Shown: piece by piece, positions 40,481-55,099 of the stretch
How the letters are laid out: the number at the start of each line of letters is the position of its first letter
Position numbering within the stretch: the first letter of the stretch is position 1
Made by a program: the position numbers and the translations under genes
The notes under the pieces: model-generated
The model's database searches: none
What the model was told of the DNA's origin: nothing
What the model saw: only the letters and a program-made list of their open reading frames with translations
NCBI GenBank assembly: GCA_024704765.1
Contig: JAKMXF010000299.1
Location: forward strand, 1,389,460 to 1,453,459
DNA length: 64,000 nucleotides
From: Oopsacas minuta
Taxonomy: Eukaryota > Animalia > Porifera
Direction of reading: 5' to 3'

Positions 40481-41749
40481 GAGTTCGATTCAGAATATTT
40501 GCTGGTGCTAATTATACAAAGATTATAAATTGACGTGTTTAGTTAAATGAGGAAGCTAAAAACAGTACTATATGAATGAAATTATGTCTGGTCAATGCTA
40601 CACGCTTTCATTATGGAAAATATTTACTAACCCTTTCCTAAAGAAATGATGAGTATATAGCCTGAGCTACAATAGAAGGAACCTAATTGAAATTGTTCCC
40701 TCGATTATTGCAACATTTGACGATTACCCCTCCTAGGTATACAGTAGAGATCAGACATTCCTAGGTGCAAATTGACCCGATTATCTGTCTCTTTTGCTTG
40801 ACACTAATATTGGATATGAGGAAATTGTTTTTTAACCTCTGGTAATTTGTTTATAGAAATTAAATCACAATAATTACTTGTACATTTCACTCCTCTATTA
40901 CCTATGACTAAGGTTTAAGAATCAGATGCTTCTAAAGTTTCTACTACGTTAGCCATTAGAGCATGGTTGCAAAACCGAATAGTTCAATTCGGTCCAACTG
41001 ATGATATTGGGCGAATAGTTCAATATTTGGTTTCCAAACAAATATCAATTTCCGATAATCAGTTAGAGTAATCGAAAATGAACATTATCAGTATTAGTAA
41101 TATGTGCAGGCATGCTTCGCCTCCTTGAGCAATGCTTCACGTGTACGCGGGTGGCGCCCTTCTTGTGCCACTTATTTTCTTAATATTTAGTATTCATTAT
41201 ATACACCCTGTCAAACATTCAAAAATTCGGAATTTATTTCCATAGTCACAATATACCACATTCATCATAAATCCAACTTAAAATACAATTTTGTGAAGGT
41301 ATGCTACAATCAGTGTATATTCTTTTAAATATCGCTATAGTTTGTTCGAGTCACGTAGTGCCGAGTTTATCTGATCGCGTAGCCACCAATAGGACAAGAA
41401 ATTAACTGTTTAATACATAAGCTGACCTGATGCACTTAGCTGTCAAGCAGCGAACTAGATTGCGAAACGAGATAGTATATTTTCATTTGATTCTAACTCG
41501 TTCCTGGTCAAACTTGTTTGCACTTGTGATGTCCTTAATTGGTTTTACCTTTTTGACCCTTAAGGCAAAATACTGATCCCTTCCTTTCCTCGTCGCTTTC
41601 TTTGGCTTGTCTTTTTTGAATTTTTTTCATCGGTAGGACACCGGAGCCTCGTGAATACCTTCAATCTCACCTTTTAACTATGTTCTTTGGTTCCCTTCAG
41701 GAGATAATGAGTGGAACTTGAAATACGTCACAGCCAAGGAGATGGATAT

Positions 41750-44070
41750 GTAATTCCAAGGAGTTCTAGTCATGTTTAGAGGAGAAGTAAGCTCTACACA
41801 TCTGTTGTGGGCAGTAACACCAATACTTGGGTGATTTGTTTTATAAAGTGCAGTAAGTAAGACTCAATTATCACAAGTTCAATCAAAAGAACCTCAGAGT
41901 AGAACTATGCAACTGACTTCGCAATCCCTCCTCAGCTGGAGATATTAATCCTGGACAATTTAGTAGAAGATTTATATTGCTTTCTTCCTTCATAGACAAC
42001 CCAAGACAGATGTCCGAATTGTACCAGGGCTGCATGTCCATAGCCATACAATACTGTAAGCATGATTATTTCATTACATTTACGTGTAATCCAGATTGGG
42101 AAGAGGTAACATCAACTCGTATGCTAAATTAAAAACTGACAGATAGTTCTGATTTGATTGTTCGGGTATTCGTAATGAAATAGTGACTAGGGAGGCCTGA
42201 ATTATATACATACACTATTGAATTTCAAAAATGTAGCCTCCCTCATGCACATATGTTGGTGATTTTAATAGACGATGATCAACTTAGAGAACCATCTGAC
42301 TATGATGCAATTGTATGTGCAGAAATTCCTAAAGTATGTCCAGAAATGAGTCATGTTCAGTGCGATCAGAACTACGTCACTTTTTGTCACACTACTTATG
42401 TTTAACGAACCATCTGACTCATTGATTATGTGTAATAAACATAACGCGTCTGTAGCTGATGACTTTCTTTTCAGAGCTAGAGATGTTTTTCCTAACACTG
42501 AATTGGGTAAGCATGTCTTGAACACTGCGTTGTTAGGTATTGAGTACCGGCTGGCAATTCAGGGGAGTCTCTGTGTGACTTTGGAGGGATGCCACAACCA
42601 TCAAATGAAGTAGTCTACATGATCGACCTAAAGTTATTCAGGATTAATTGGAGTTTAATGTACATCAACAAGCTTTCATTGCAGAGACTAATATTCCTCT
42701 ACTGAATGCTGATCATTATGAAATAGATATTTGCATAATGGAGGCGGTTGCTGATACGAGTGTTGAACAGAGAGCTTTCTTAATTGATGGACCAAGAGGT
42801 ACTAGAAAGACATTTCTGTATAATACTATATTAGCTAAAGTTCGATCACAAGACATATCGCATTAGCTATGGCTTCATCAAGTATAGCAGCCCTTCTGCT
42901 GACTGGCGGAATGACTGTCCTTTCTAGATTGCCGTTGCCGATCCCTTTGAATGATCTATCAGTTTGTAACATCCCTACAGAGTGCAATAGCGAAACTGGT
43001 ACAAAGCGCGCATCTATTAGCCTGGGATGAAGTTCCAATGATACACAGCATGCTGCTGAGTATATAGATCGTAGTTTGTGAGATATTTGTTCCTGTAAGC
43101 TACAATTTGGAGGAAAAGTTTTCGTATTTGGAAGCGATTTCTGTCAGATTTTCCATGTAATTCGACATAGTACCAAAGCACAGCTGGTATCATCCTGTAT
43201 CCATAGATCACCACTCTGGCATCATGAAAATGATGGAGTTGAATATAAACTGGCGCTTACAATGTTTATACCAACATGACTTAGTTAACGGAAGCAATTT
43301 CTCAGACTCCTTATTCCGAGTTAGAGATGATTCACCTAGGTGCTTAGTATGTAGTACGCCGTGAAACTATTGGAGACTGGCCGCTATTATTTATGGAGAT
43401 ATCAACAAAATATATAGTGATCGTTATTACAATACTACACATATTATTATGTCTCCTAAAAACGAAGCAACTGAATACATCAACGATTAAGTTATGAACC
43501 CACTCTCTGGAGATACACATGTATTGTTGAGTGCGGACTCAGTAGAGCAGGCGCAGGCAGCTGTATATCCAATTGAGTTTCTAAATTATATTACACCATC
43601 TAGCATGCCTTCAAACTGACTTAACCTTGAGGTGAATGCCACTATAATATTATTCCATAGGCTTGGTCCTACGCAAGGTATCTGCAATGGTTCTCGCTTG
43701 GCTGTGAGAGCATTCTTAACCATGTCACTGATACAAGAACCTCCACAGAGGTACATCGCTTTGAGTGAGTGTTTACTACTCGCATAATGATTATGCCTTC
43801 CGAGTTCGAATTCCCTTTTATTCTCAAAAAGGAGCAATTCCCTATTTGTCCTGACTTTTGTGTCACCATTAATTTAGGGCAGGGTCACATTTTAGATTCT
43901 GCAGGAATATTTCTACCATCTCTTGATGGTTTTTCACTCACGGCCGAATATACGTAGCATTGAGTAGAGTACAAAACCCTAGAGGTTTGAAGGTTATGGT
44001 ATTGGGAGGCAACTACTCCCCATTAGGAGGTTTATGGGTTAGAAACGTGGTTTATGGAGAATAATTCCAA
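41750..44070 (+). mobile_element. Helitron RepHel remnant with internal deletion
   Basis: Rep motifs DYFITFTCNPDWEE and YTIEFQKCSLPHAHML. PIF1 motifs IDGPRGTRKTFLYN, ASSSIAALLLTGG, AWDEVPM, GICNGSRL, QFPICPDFCVTINLGQG and YVALSRV. Many stops and frameshifts. Confidence 0.9.
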
Positions 44071-44537
44071 GACCATTTGGTAATATCTACCCATCCCTCC
44101 ATGATACTACTGATGCATCTTTAATGGATTTGCCATTAGCTGTTATTAGCTTCTCTAATCCAGAGCAAGATGGTAACTCAGTAGGTATTTACCCAGTTTC
44201 TGTTAAAATTCTGTCAATAATTTTGCTATATCCATGCAAAAGCAATTAGCACAAAGTATTGGCATAAATTGTATCGAAATGCTACCTGCTAGAACAAATT
44301 AAACTCACATTAAAAATGGGAGTCTACAAGAATACTATGAGTCCCTGAATCTAAGATCATGACGATCTTTTGACAAAAATATTCACTTTTGTCCAGTAAT
44401 AGGTGACGGCAATCATTTTGTACCTTGTTGATGTGTATCCATTGTATCAATCGCCAGAGGAGCTCTTTTTGAAGCAGCAAAAGCCTCAAGCTATCAAGCC
44501 TGCTATTTAATTTCTAGCTAGCTATTAAACGTTGCCA

Positions 44538-44572
44538 AGGAATGGGATTTTCCCTGGGAAAATCCCATTCCT
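44538..44572. repeat. Perfect 35-bp palindrome (17-bp arms, 1-nt loop)
   Basis: AGGAATGGGATTTTCCC-T-GGGAAAATCCCATTCCT, located just upstream of the hAT coding region. Confidence 0.95.
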
Positions 44573-44599
44573 GGTCCACGTGCTGTCGTAATTACTAGC

Positions 44600-47561
44600 C
44601 AGATTGGAGGTTTACTGTGTCAACCATCACCATGAGCATGGACAAGAGAAAGAAGCCCTCTGGGACACCCTCTAATACAAGTTTTTTTGCTAAGAAGAGT
44701 AGACTTGGTAGGCCAACATCTATCGAACTTATGGATATTTTAATCAACTTAGTTACTAGCACAATGACATATACTGCTACAAGTGTAACTGTTTCCAACC
44801 AGTGAAATCATACATTTAATAATAGCACACTTAATACCATAGGTGGTAACACACAGAGAGAAGATACAGAGGATACAGCTTCCATGCACACTGACAGTGA
44901 TAGTGATAGTGTAGATGATAGCAGTGGGAGTGATGTTAGAAGTGAGGGCGAAGTTGACAGTCTTGTTGAGTGTGATATTGGTAAACTCCAAGATTCACAT
45001 ATCTTCCTGCAACAGCTCTCAAGAGATCAGCAACATCGAATTCTAACGACTGAGCCAAATAGTGATCCTTCATCCTACCCACGTACCTGCCCATATCCAT
45101 CTAGCTCACTTAGACAATTTCAGCCATCCTGAATTAAGCAGCACCCCTGGTTTCATTACAGCAGTCTGTAGATAGTGCTTTCTGCCGTGCGTGTGTCTTG
45201 TTTGCTCCAAGCAATGCTGGTGGTCAGGATTTAGGACAGTTTGTACCTTCACCCTTTAAGTGCTGGACAAAGATGGCAATGAAAGCAATCACAGATGCTA
45301 GCAAGAAGTATCATCGCAGTGCAATGACCAGAATGAGGGAGCTCTTGGCCCGGTACAGGGATCCATGTCAGAGTGTTGGCACTATGTTGGACACCCAGGC
45401 ACAGAGGGTAATGGATAACAACCAGAAGGTGATTGAGTCTCTGTTTAAGATAATCATTCTCTGTGGGAAACAGGGCCTGGCTATGCACGGTCACCGAGAT
45501 GACAGAGTTCAATGGGAGGAGGAAGACGAAGGCTCAAATAAAGGTAACTTTGTTCAATTAGTCCGTTTCGCGCAGAGACAGGCAAAGTTCTGGCTGATCA
45601 TCTTGCCAAGTGTCCGAAGAATCCTCGCTGCACATCTAAAACCATTCAGAATGAGCTGGTGGGAGTTGTAGGTGACAGGATTCGTGGTGACATCATCGAA
45701 GAAGTCAAGGGTGCCAAGTTCTATTCCTTCATCGCGGATGAGGTGACTGACGCATCCAACAAGGAAGAGCTGTCCCTTGTTATTCGATATGTCCATGAGG
45801 GTCAGATCAGAGAAGTGTTCGTGGATTTTGTCGAGGTTGAGCGGATCACAGGACGGGTATTGGGTGAGGTCATTCTGAAATGGCTCAGAGATACAATATC
45901 TCCCCAGCAGATATTCGTGGCCAGTGCTATGATGATGCGTCAAACATGGCTGGAGCCAGATTAGGGATGAGGTCAGTTGTACAAGCAGTTGGTTCTAAGG
46001 CCATGTACTTTCATTGTGCGACTCATCGCTTAAACCTCGCTGTTGTCTCCGCATGTAGCATTCAGGCATTTAAAAATGCAGAATCCTATGTAGGTGAGAT
46101 ATCGAGGTTTTTCAGTTTCTCAGCCAGGAGACAACGATTGTTAGACAAAGCAATCGAAGCCTCCAATCACACTTCCAAAGCTAGGAAACTGCCGGATTCC
46201 TGCAGAACGCGATGGGTGGAGCGAATTGATTCGTATGCTGTTTTTTTAGACCTGCTTCCAGTTCTCCACACGTGTCTCCAAGCCATGGTTGATCGCAATT
46301 CACACACAGAGCTAGGTACAGATTGCAGCTGGGATGGAGAAACCATCACTAAAGCAAACGGCTTTCTCTTTCAGCTTCAATCCTCCACATTCTTGATCTC
46401 TTTCCAGATTCTGATGCAGTTTTTTCTGATCCTTAGGGAGTTAACAATCAAACTCCAGATGAAAGCTATTGATATGGTATATGCCTACAAACTAGTGAAG
46501 AGAGTTGTATCAACTTTAGAGTCCATGAGGAGCAGGTCAACTACCGAATTCCAGAAACCGTTTACTGAGGCTACAAAACTTGGTAAACTGCTCTTCGGAA
46601 ATGAGTTTCAGCTGACCACACCAAGGCTCACTGGTCGTCAAGCTCACCGTAGCAATCCCCCATCAGCAACACCAGAGGAGTATTACAGAATTTCCCTCTT
46701 CAACGAGTTTTGTCTCACATGTTACCCGAGCTTGAGGTGAGCTTTATCAAAGATCCTTCACAGAACATTATGACTGGTTTGCTCTATCTTGTCCCTGGTG
46801 AGTGTGTTCAGCTAGACGAAGACAGTGACATTCCAGAAGAGCTGACTAAGGCGGTTGAGCTTTTTGAAGGTAATCTCCCGCATGCTGTGATGTTCCGTAT
46901 AGAGTACAGCTCCTGGGTGAGAGAATGGAAGGAATGTTCAACACCAGTACCAGTGTCATTGGCAGATGCTCTACAGAAATGTGAAGTATCTCTTACCCAA
47001 ACTTGACGGTTCTCCTGAAGATAGCACTGACGTTGCCAATAACATTTTGTGAGAGCGAGAGAAGTTTCAGTCAGTTAAAACTCATCAAGACTGCAAGGCA
47101 GCCACCATGACTGAGTCAAGGCTGAGTTCATTATCCTTGATGAAGATCAACAGAGATCGTTGCAACAAGCTCTCATCTGTGGAACACATTATAGAACTAG
47201 TTAAAAACATTTACTCAACTCCATCCTCGAAGAATGAAGCTTCCATTCATGCTAGAAGATTAACATTACCTGAAACTTGTTCAATAATTATTATCATGTA
47301 TTTCTTTATACTAGCAGAGAGCCTTACCAGAGATAGCATTGTGATTTACAACTACTCATGTTAATCCATCTCATGTTAGATTCAAGGATGGCTGTTAGCT
47401 TTTTGTTATATATGTATACGTATACTCGTATACTGTCCTCACCTCTTGTGCGACCTTTCCTAATTAAGGGTCATCATACCGGAAAAGGGTGTGGCCCCCC
47501 AAAAAGATCCGGCGCGCCTTAGTTTGGATCCTCCCTTTTGAATTGTCTAGATCTGCCACTG
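44600..47561 (+). mobile_element. hAT transposon (ZMYM1/THAP12-PRKRIR-like transposase), frameshifted, right TIR retained
   Basis: TTF-type zinc finger (HPWFHYS...AFCRACVLF), GKQGLAMHGHRDD, FIADEVTDASNKEELSLVIRYV, RGQCYDDASNMAG, FHCATHRLNL, CRTRWVER and hATC dimerisation LPITFCESERSFSQLKLIK. Right terminus is TAGATCTGCCACTG (47561). The left TIR was not found. Confidence 0.92.
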
Positions 47562-48286
47562 ATTCCATTTAGTATGTCTTTTGGAATTTAATTGTGTGAT
47601 AATTTTGGTACCTCAGGTTGAGAATAACAGTAACCCAGTTATCTCCCAATGTGCAATTATTTTGTCGCCTAACGGATACTTATCCAACTCCAACTACGTA
47701 ATTTATATCAACCTATTTTTAATACTACATTTCATACATAGTGAACGCACGAGTAACCAACCAAAACAAATATGTAAACATCTGATGAAGAACAGATACT
47801 TTTTGTAAGTACCTTCCTTAGGTTATGTTTGGATAAATCTACATACATATTCTACAATTATATTACCAATTTACCACAGTTCTGATTTATTTGATACGTA
47901 TCTACTATATTGAATAAGATCACTATAATGAGATGATTTGAAATGAAGAACTATTCAAAATAATTATATTATGAATACAGTAAGCATATATCGAGTATAT
48001 TCTTCCCTCATAATTACTAACCTCCCATTACTTAGAATAATTATTCTATGAATGTTATTATGATACTCTTTATTCTAGATTTTAAATAACCCAAAGCAAT
48101 TGTGGCTACCTTGATATCCAAAACTATAGCATTGAATGGTTACAAAACTAAAAAATCCAGATAGAAGGGATAATCATAGAAGAATACTATAAATATATTT
48201 CACCTTAATTTCTATATATTACCAGTCCAATTTGATCTCTATAGGCATTAACATTAATCTATTTCAGAATTCCGGTCATCATTATA

Positions 48287-49506
48287 TAGTGAGGTATAAG
48301 TTCGGTCCCATTGTTTGATATAATTTTCTACATAGTAATAAATGATTAATTGGAATTGTATCAGCATATAAAGTACATTGATATATCCCTACTTGACTAC
48401 AATGCTGATTTTACGATCGTCTTATAATATCAATCCGTAGCTGAAGCTTGTTTGAAGGAAATTACTCTACCGCACTGTCAAACACTATAAGGAGACTGGA
48501 AGCTTGCAAGACACAGCTAGAAGTGGACGTCGTCGTTTTTTAGGGTTAAGTGTCTGCAACAAAAGATCATTAAGAGAATTGCACGAAATCCCTGACGTTC
48601 GATGCGAAAAATGGTCAGAAACTTTGCATAAGCTCGAAGTCGCTTAGCACCTTGTGCATGATGACCCAGAATGAAATTCTCTGAAAAGAAGGAAAGTTGG
48701 CATGCTTATGCGGGCGAGATTTTGAGAAAAGAGTCAGTAAAGATGCCGACTACTATTATTGCTTGCCGCTCTTTTATTTTTTGGACCTCATACTGTTTAC
48801 TGACGAGAAGCTATTACTATAAAAGGGGTATCTAATACTCAAACGATAGGATTTGTCCGCCAATGTTCGACAGATAGCACCAAATCTTCGATTTGTTCCC
48901 CGGTCTCGAAACACGCTTCAGTTATGTATTGGTTGGTTTCTCCGCAAATTTCCAGACCAATGATATTTTGGTTCCTTCAGGGAACCTTAATGGCAAAGTT
49001 ACCGCGAATTGCTATTGGATACTTGAGTGAAGGATACAAGTCGTAAATACTCTAGAAATACCAATTGGACCTTCCAACAAGGCGGTGCACCAGCTCACAC
49101 AACTAAATCTACTCATCATCAGTGGTTTCTGGACTCAAAGATCAACTATACTTCCAAAGAAGAATCGCCTCCTTCCAGTACCGATCTTAATCCTATGTAT
49201 TATTGTGTGTTATCCATTCTTGAGCAGAAGGCCCGGGCAGAATCTCATTTGTGTAGTGACTCATTAAATGCTTGTTTGCCATTAGCGTGGGTTGAAAATC
49301 CATCAGGAACACTTCCGGTGGGTCGTATCCTAATTCCGACCAAGACCCTAGGCTGTCATTTCTAAGATAAATTGCTATGTCGAACATGATCAGAATATTT
49401 ACACTTAACCCATGTAGTAAGCACGATTGTGAACTTATATCTTGATCAGATTATCTGATTATAAATATCATATTTACTAAGAGACAGAACTTGTCCCCCC
49501 ACCCTG
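48287..49506 (+). mobile_element. maT-type (DD37D) transposon, decayed
   Basis: FTDEK and WTFQQGGAPAH...PPSSTDLNPMYY motifs. Degenerate TA-flanked TIRs share AAGTTC.GTC with the element at 60337. Confidence 0.8.
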
Positions 49507-49998
49507 TAGTACGAATCTTTACGATTAACCCTGGAATTATGGTCAATTGCTTATTACAATGGTATCTCAGGATATTTCTATATACCAATTACTCCAACAT
49601 AGTAGCAAAAAATATTGTTGTAATTTTGCTCTACATACTGATTGTTAAAGAAATCAAATACACATTTATTTCCTCCAAATAATGATATGGTACATTCTTC
49701 ATATCAAATAAGTAAATTCATTTCTGCCATTACAAACACACTAATTGCTAATAGACTACCAAGGAAATCTAATCATAATCCACTCAACTGACTTTCAGTC
49801 GGACCCAGATTGATATACTTGCTATATCATTATTAAGGATTGTAATAACTATCTTTTTTTGATACATGTATCTATCAAATATCTTTATTTTTCTTATGTC
49901 AATTGTATTCTATTTTAAAAGGTTTACCAATATTCAAAATATTTCAATACATTTCCTTTGCTTACAGCCGTAATTGACTGGGACTGAATACCTAAGTA

Positions 49999-50482
49999 CA
50001 GTGGAAGCCCCTTAATCGGGACTCAGATGATCGAGATATCCGCTTAAACGGGACAATGATTAGGGAACGGATTATTGCATAGAAAAATCACCGGATAATT
50101 TGGACAACGAAGCGGTTAATCGGGATTTTTTAACCCGATTAACCGAATATTACATTATATTCGCTTCATTGGGATTTCATCCCAAATAAATGATTATATA
50201 TTTATTCAAAATGATGATTGTAACCTGGTTTGTTTATAAAACTAGGAATTGTAATATTCTACAACGATAACAATACAACACCGATACAATTGCAATTTAC
50301 CAACTAACAGTATTAACTCTGCTCACTCCCTATATAATCAAGATATAGTTGTAGTGTGATAAGATATTTCTGGTTACGATCTTAGACCATGGAAACTAGT
50401 TTTGAATACTTAAATATATCAAAATCGATTAATCGGGACAAAACGTTGACTCCGAGCTGTCCCGGTTAAGCGACTTCCACTG
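49999..50482 (+). mobile_element. pogo/Tigger-like MITE, copy B (484 bp)
   Basis: TA|CAGTGGAAGCC...CTTCCACTG|TA. Near-identical to the reverse complement of 54567-55050. Confidence 0.92.
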
Positions 50483-51561
50483 TACTTAATGTGTTTCCAA
50501 GGATTAAACAGTTGACCAATATGATATTTCAATATTGACCTAACCTAACATAGGATATACATTAGTTCAATTGTGTGCAATGTAATTCGCAATCTAACAT
50601 ACCTAAGTACTATATGTGTTTCCCAAGGATTGTTTGGCTGACTAATGTGTCGACATGGTATATTCTAATGGTGACCTAACAGTAGCTCAGGATTTATCCC
50701 AGAGCCTGAATGGACTAAATCTCGTAGTTTCTATCTGCGCAATAGTAACTAATGCTAATTCAATTAATAATTAGTTATTGATGGTTGTTTAAAGTATATA
50801 AATACAATTGTTATTCTGAAATATATCAAAAAATAACAAGATGGCTGACGCTATCAAATAACTCGTTGAAGTGGACATTAATGATGAAGACATCTTGACT
50901 CTGGCTCTGATACACAGAAAGAATCTGACAGTTTACCCGATCCTCCACCCCAGCATACTGAAGTTGATAAACAGACCAAAGATGTCAAAGAAGAAAGGCT
51001 GAAAAAAGAAAGGTGGAAAGGAAGGCGATACTAATATAGCCTTAAGATTTAATAAGGTTAAACTTATTATGGAGTCAAGAAGTAGAACACCTTTGTACAG
51101 GAAGGTGTTACACTGCAAATGAATATATAATTTCATTTCGTAATATCTATATATTTACCCCACATCTGTACATATATATTCGGATATTCAATATAAAATA
51201 TTATTCAAATAAGAGTACTTGATTTCTCAATTTGTAAGGACCAGCAATTATTAATTAAGCAGAATTTCAATTTCTGAATTTTATCTTGAAACTCTCTGAA
51301 AATGGATTAGCATGCCTTGACCTATTAGTTTTGGGGCTTACAAAATGGAATAATTTGACATTACTCATATTGCTTAGGTTGTAAAATTTCAAGTACGTAT
51401 ATATGATTAATGTGGTATAGTAACCATGAAATAGTTGCTACATTCAAATCTGTGACATCCATGCATGTAGATCCATGGATATCTATATCTAAGCCCCTTG
51501 GTACAGAATAGTTCGAGCACCTTGTACTTTATATAGTTAAACAATTAAGCACAAATATATA

Positions 51562-52915
51562 CCTAGTGGGCCAAGAAACAGAACATGTACTAAATTTGTT
51601 ATTTCTCTACTTTTTTCATGGGTAGAAAATTGAAACTTAAATATTATCTACTTCCAAGTATTTAAATCAAATTGCAAGTTTATATTATCCTAGCTCAACT
51701 GGTTCTTGATCTATAGAACATGTTAGAGATGGCATCCATTTAGATTTACGCATTTTTCCAGTCGATAAACAAAGTTCTGGATCACTGATTTGCAAGTTGT
51801 CCTTTAGATACTTCTCATCTGCTCCTGGATCTTTTTCTTGTGTTTTTCGAGTGTGCTTGGCTTTGTAGCATATGCCCGTCCTTCAAGAACCCCCAGAGGT
51901 AATAGTCTGAGGACTGACATCCGAGAAGTAGGGTGCCCACTCATGGTCACACCTGCGACTGATCACTCGGTTTCCGAAATGGTCCTTGATCAAATCCAGG
52001 CTATTGTTGGAGGTATGGGGGGTTGCTCCATCCTGTTGGAACCAGAATTTGGGTAGGTATCCTCTATAGTTCTCTTCAAGCTCCTTCCAGAAGACTTCCA
52101 GGATCTTAAGGTAACCGTCGGTGTTAATCTTCACTGTCTTTTCTTGCTCCTCGAAGAACACGGGCCAACTACTCCTTTCATTGAGAATGCAACCCAAACT
52201 GTGACCTTCTGAGAATGTAGTGGTTCTTCTGTCACTTCTGCTGGTCGTTTCAGCCCTTTAGACGTTGTTTCCAGAATTCGCCTGCCCATCAAGATGAAAA
52301 TGAGCTTCATCCGTTGTCCAGAGATGGTCTGCTAAGGTCTTTGATGTCTCAATCTTAGCAGGCAACCACTTAGCCATTTCAAATCTCTCCACCTTGTCGG
52401 CACTTGCGAGTTTCTGGTGTATCTGTATACGGTATGCATATAGTCTTAAGTCATCATGAAGAACCCTGCGAAGTGTAGTACGTGATAAGCCAACCAATTG
52501 ACACCTTTATCTGGTCGACCTCTTTGGGGAGTGAAGAACCGACTGACGAACGGCTTCGATAACTTGATCCGTACAGATCTTCCTCCTCCCTGAGTGGCTC
52601 AGACGACTATCCAATTTAGAGTTGAGATTCTTAACAGTGCCCTTCTGTTCCAATTTCTTGATCCATCCAAAGATAATGGATTTGCTGGGTGCTTTTGGCT
52701 GCTTAAAATCTTGCAAAATTTGGTCTGTACAGCATTGTAAGACTGTAACTTATTGTAGAGCTTGACACAGTATATCCGCTTCTCTGTGCTCCATTGCTTG
52801 CCAATACAGCTCCTAAGAGAGGTATCTACAATATCCTAACATATTATTTGATTAGTACAAAAGGCATAAGCAAAGTGACAAAAATCACTTAGGGTTCTTT
52901 TTTTGGCCCACCCGG
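51562..52915 (-). mobile_element. rosa-type (DD41D) Tc1/mariner transposon, defective
   Basis: TA-flanked TIRs CC(T/G)(A/G)GTGGGCCAA. Motifs LWTTDEAHFHLDG and WFQQDGATPH...RVISR...WAPY..D..P.DYYLWGFLK with 41-residue spacing; it carries frameshifts. Confidence 0.9.
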
Positions 52916-54156
52916 TATATTCGTGTAAGACAGGTATTATATCAACCCATTAGTGCAATCACTATTTGAATAATTATACTGACTCATAGACATATTAAAT
53001 TTGCACCGGTCCACTAATTCCATTTAGGATTCTTCCTTACCAAAACACTCTGGCTCATCGAATATATGTATTAAATTATATTTCGATTAATACGAGATAT
53101 TAATTATAAACCCGCATTCCTTTAATTATTGATATAGTTCGAAAATATGAAATACAATTGAATCTTCATAATTGAGATATTTTGATCCAAGCGATGGTGT
53201 CCTAATTAAACAGAGTCCATTGAATAAATACTGAGAAGGGAATTCCATAGGCATAGAGATTGTTATGAAAGTTGGGGGTGTGCTCCCCGCAACCCTGGGT
53301 GGAACCGTGCTTGGTTCTTGTATCATCTCATAGAACAGCTTTCATATTGTGAGACGAATCGATTTTCTTTGCGATATTCTAAATCAGAATGAAATTTCCT
53401 TTCACTATAGTGGTTACATGATCATGTTTTGAAATCAATTCTCCTTAGCACACAGGAGAGTGATCCATTCCATTATTATTCCTTGAATTTGGATGCTGAT
53501 TAAGAATAGGATAATGAAAGATGGTTAAGACTCGATATATGAAAGTTAGATAGTTCTGAAATAATTTAGATCTTATTTGGACAGTCGGAAAGCTACCATA
53601 ATTGACTACTATCAGATATTTTCTAAATTTATAGATGTATACCTCTCCAAAAGTCCCTATAAACCTTATGGCCTCGATTGAATATAGATTTATTTCGCTT
53701 CACATTCTTAGGTACAATTGCTATAATTTTAGAACTCATTTCCTAATATCTTGGGGGCCCTTGTAGGTTGAGTCTCCTATTATCTATCATACCTTATTCT
53801 TGTGACGCCCTGATTCGGTTTAATTTTATGAGAAATGACAAGATTTCTCAAAACACTTACAGTGGTTGTAAATTCAAGAAGAATTACCTTATTCATTAAT
53901 GAAATTCTTGCCAAGTTGATGAATATCCTACTTTTTTGGAATTTGAAAATATTTTTCTTTTGACTACATACATTAAGTCTTCGTCACTATTATAATAGTT
54001 AGAAACCTCACTATGTAAACATTGTAAACCCCAATTCAGCTAACCAGGATTTATTTGGCATCCCTGTATATTACAAAGTCTATGATAGTTGTATATTTCT
54101 GGTTATTTTTCCCAGATTGTTAACATCTTTCATTTGCATATGATCCCTAATCTTGA

Positions 54157-54507
<351 letters not shown>

Positions 54508-54566
54508 TAAGTGAAAGTTCAATCTTTTGAATATTACATTCAAGTGGTAAACATAATAATACTATA

Positions 54567-55050
54567 CAGTGGAAGCCGCTTAATCGAGACAACTCGGGAG
54601 TCAATGTTTTGTCCCGATTAATCGATTTTGATATATTTAAGTATTCAAAACTAGTTTCCATGGTCTAAGATCGTAACCAGAAATATCTTATTACACTACA
54701 ACTATATCTTGATTATATAGGGAGTGAGCAGAGTTAATACTGTTAGTTAGTAAATTGCAATTGTATCGCTGTTGTATTGTTATCGTTGTAGAATATTACA
54801 ATTCCTAGTTTTATAAACAAACCAGGTTACAATCATCATTTTGAATAAATATACAATCATTTATTTGGGATGAAATCCCAATGAAGCGAATATAATGTAA
54901 TATTCGGTTAATCGGGTTAAAAAATCCCGATTAACGCTTCGTTGTCCAAATTATCCGGTGATTTTTCTATGTAATAATCTGTTCCCTAATCATTGTCCCG
55001 TTTAAGCGGACATCCCGATTATTCGCCTCTCGATTAAGCGGCTTCCACTC
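54567..55050 (-). mobile_element. pogo/Tigger-like MITE, copy C (484 bp), inverted relative to copies A and B
   Basis: TA|CAGTGGAAGCCGCTTAATCG...CGATTAAGCGGCTTCCACTC|TA. Starts 60 nt after the SPT16 donor site. Confidence 0.92.
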
Positions 55051-55099
55051 TACTTGCATTGTGAGCGATTCTTTTATATATTTTATTTTCTTTCGTGAA

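Noticed and set aside
36322-47561. CAGTGGCGGATC (36322) and GATCTGCCACTG (47561) as TIRs of one 11-kb hAT that would capture an SPT16 exon
   Set aside because: The flanking 8-mers (AGCATACC vs ATTCCATT) are not a TSD and similarity stops after about 12 bp. They are more likely ends of separate hAT-family elements.
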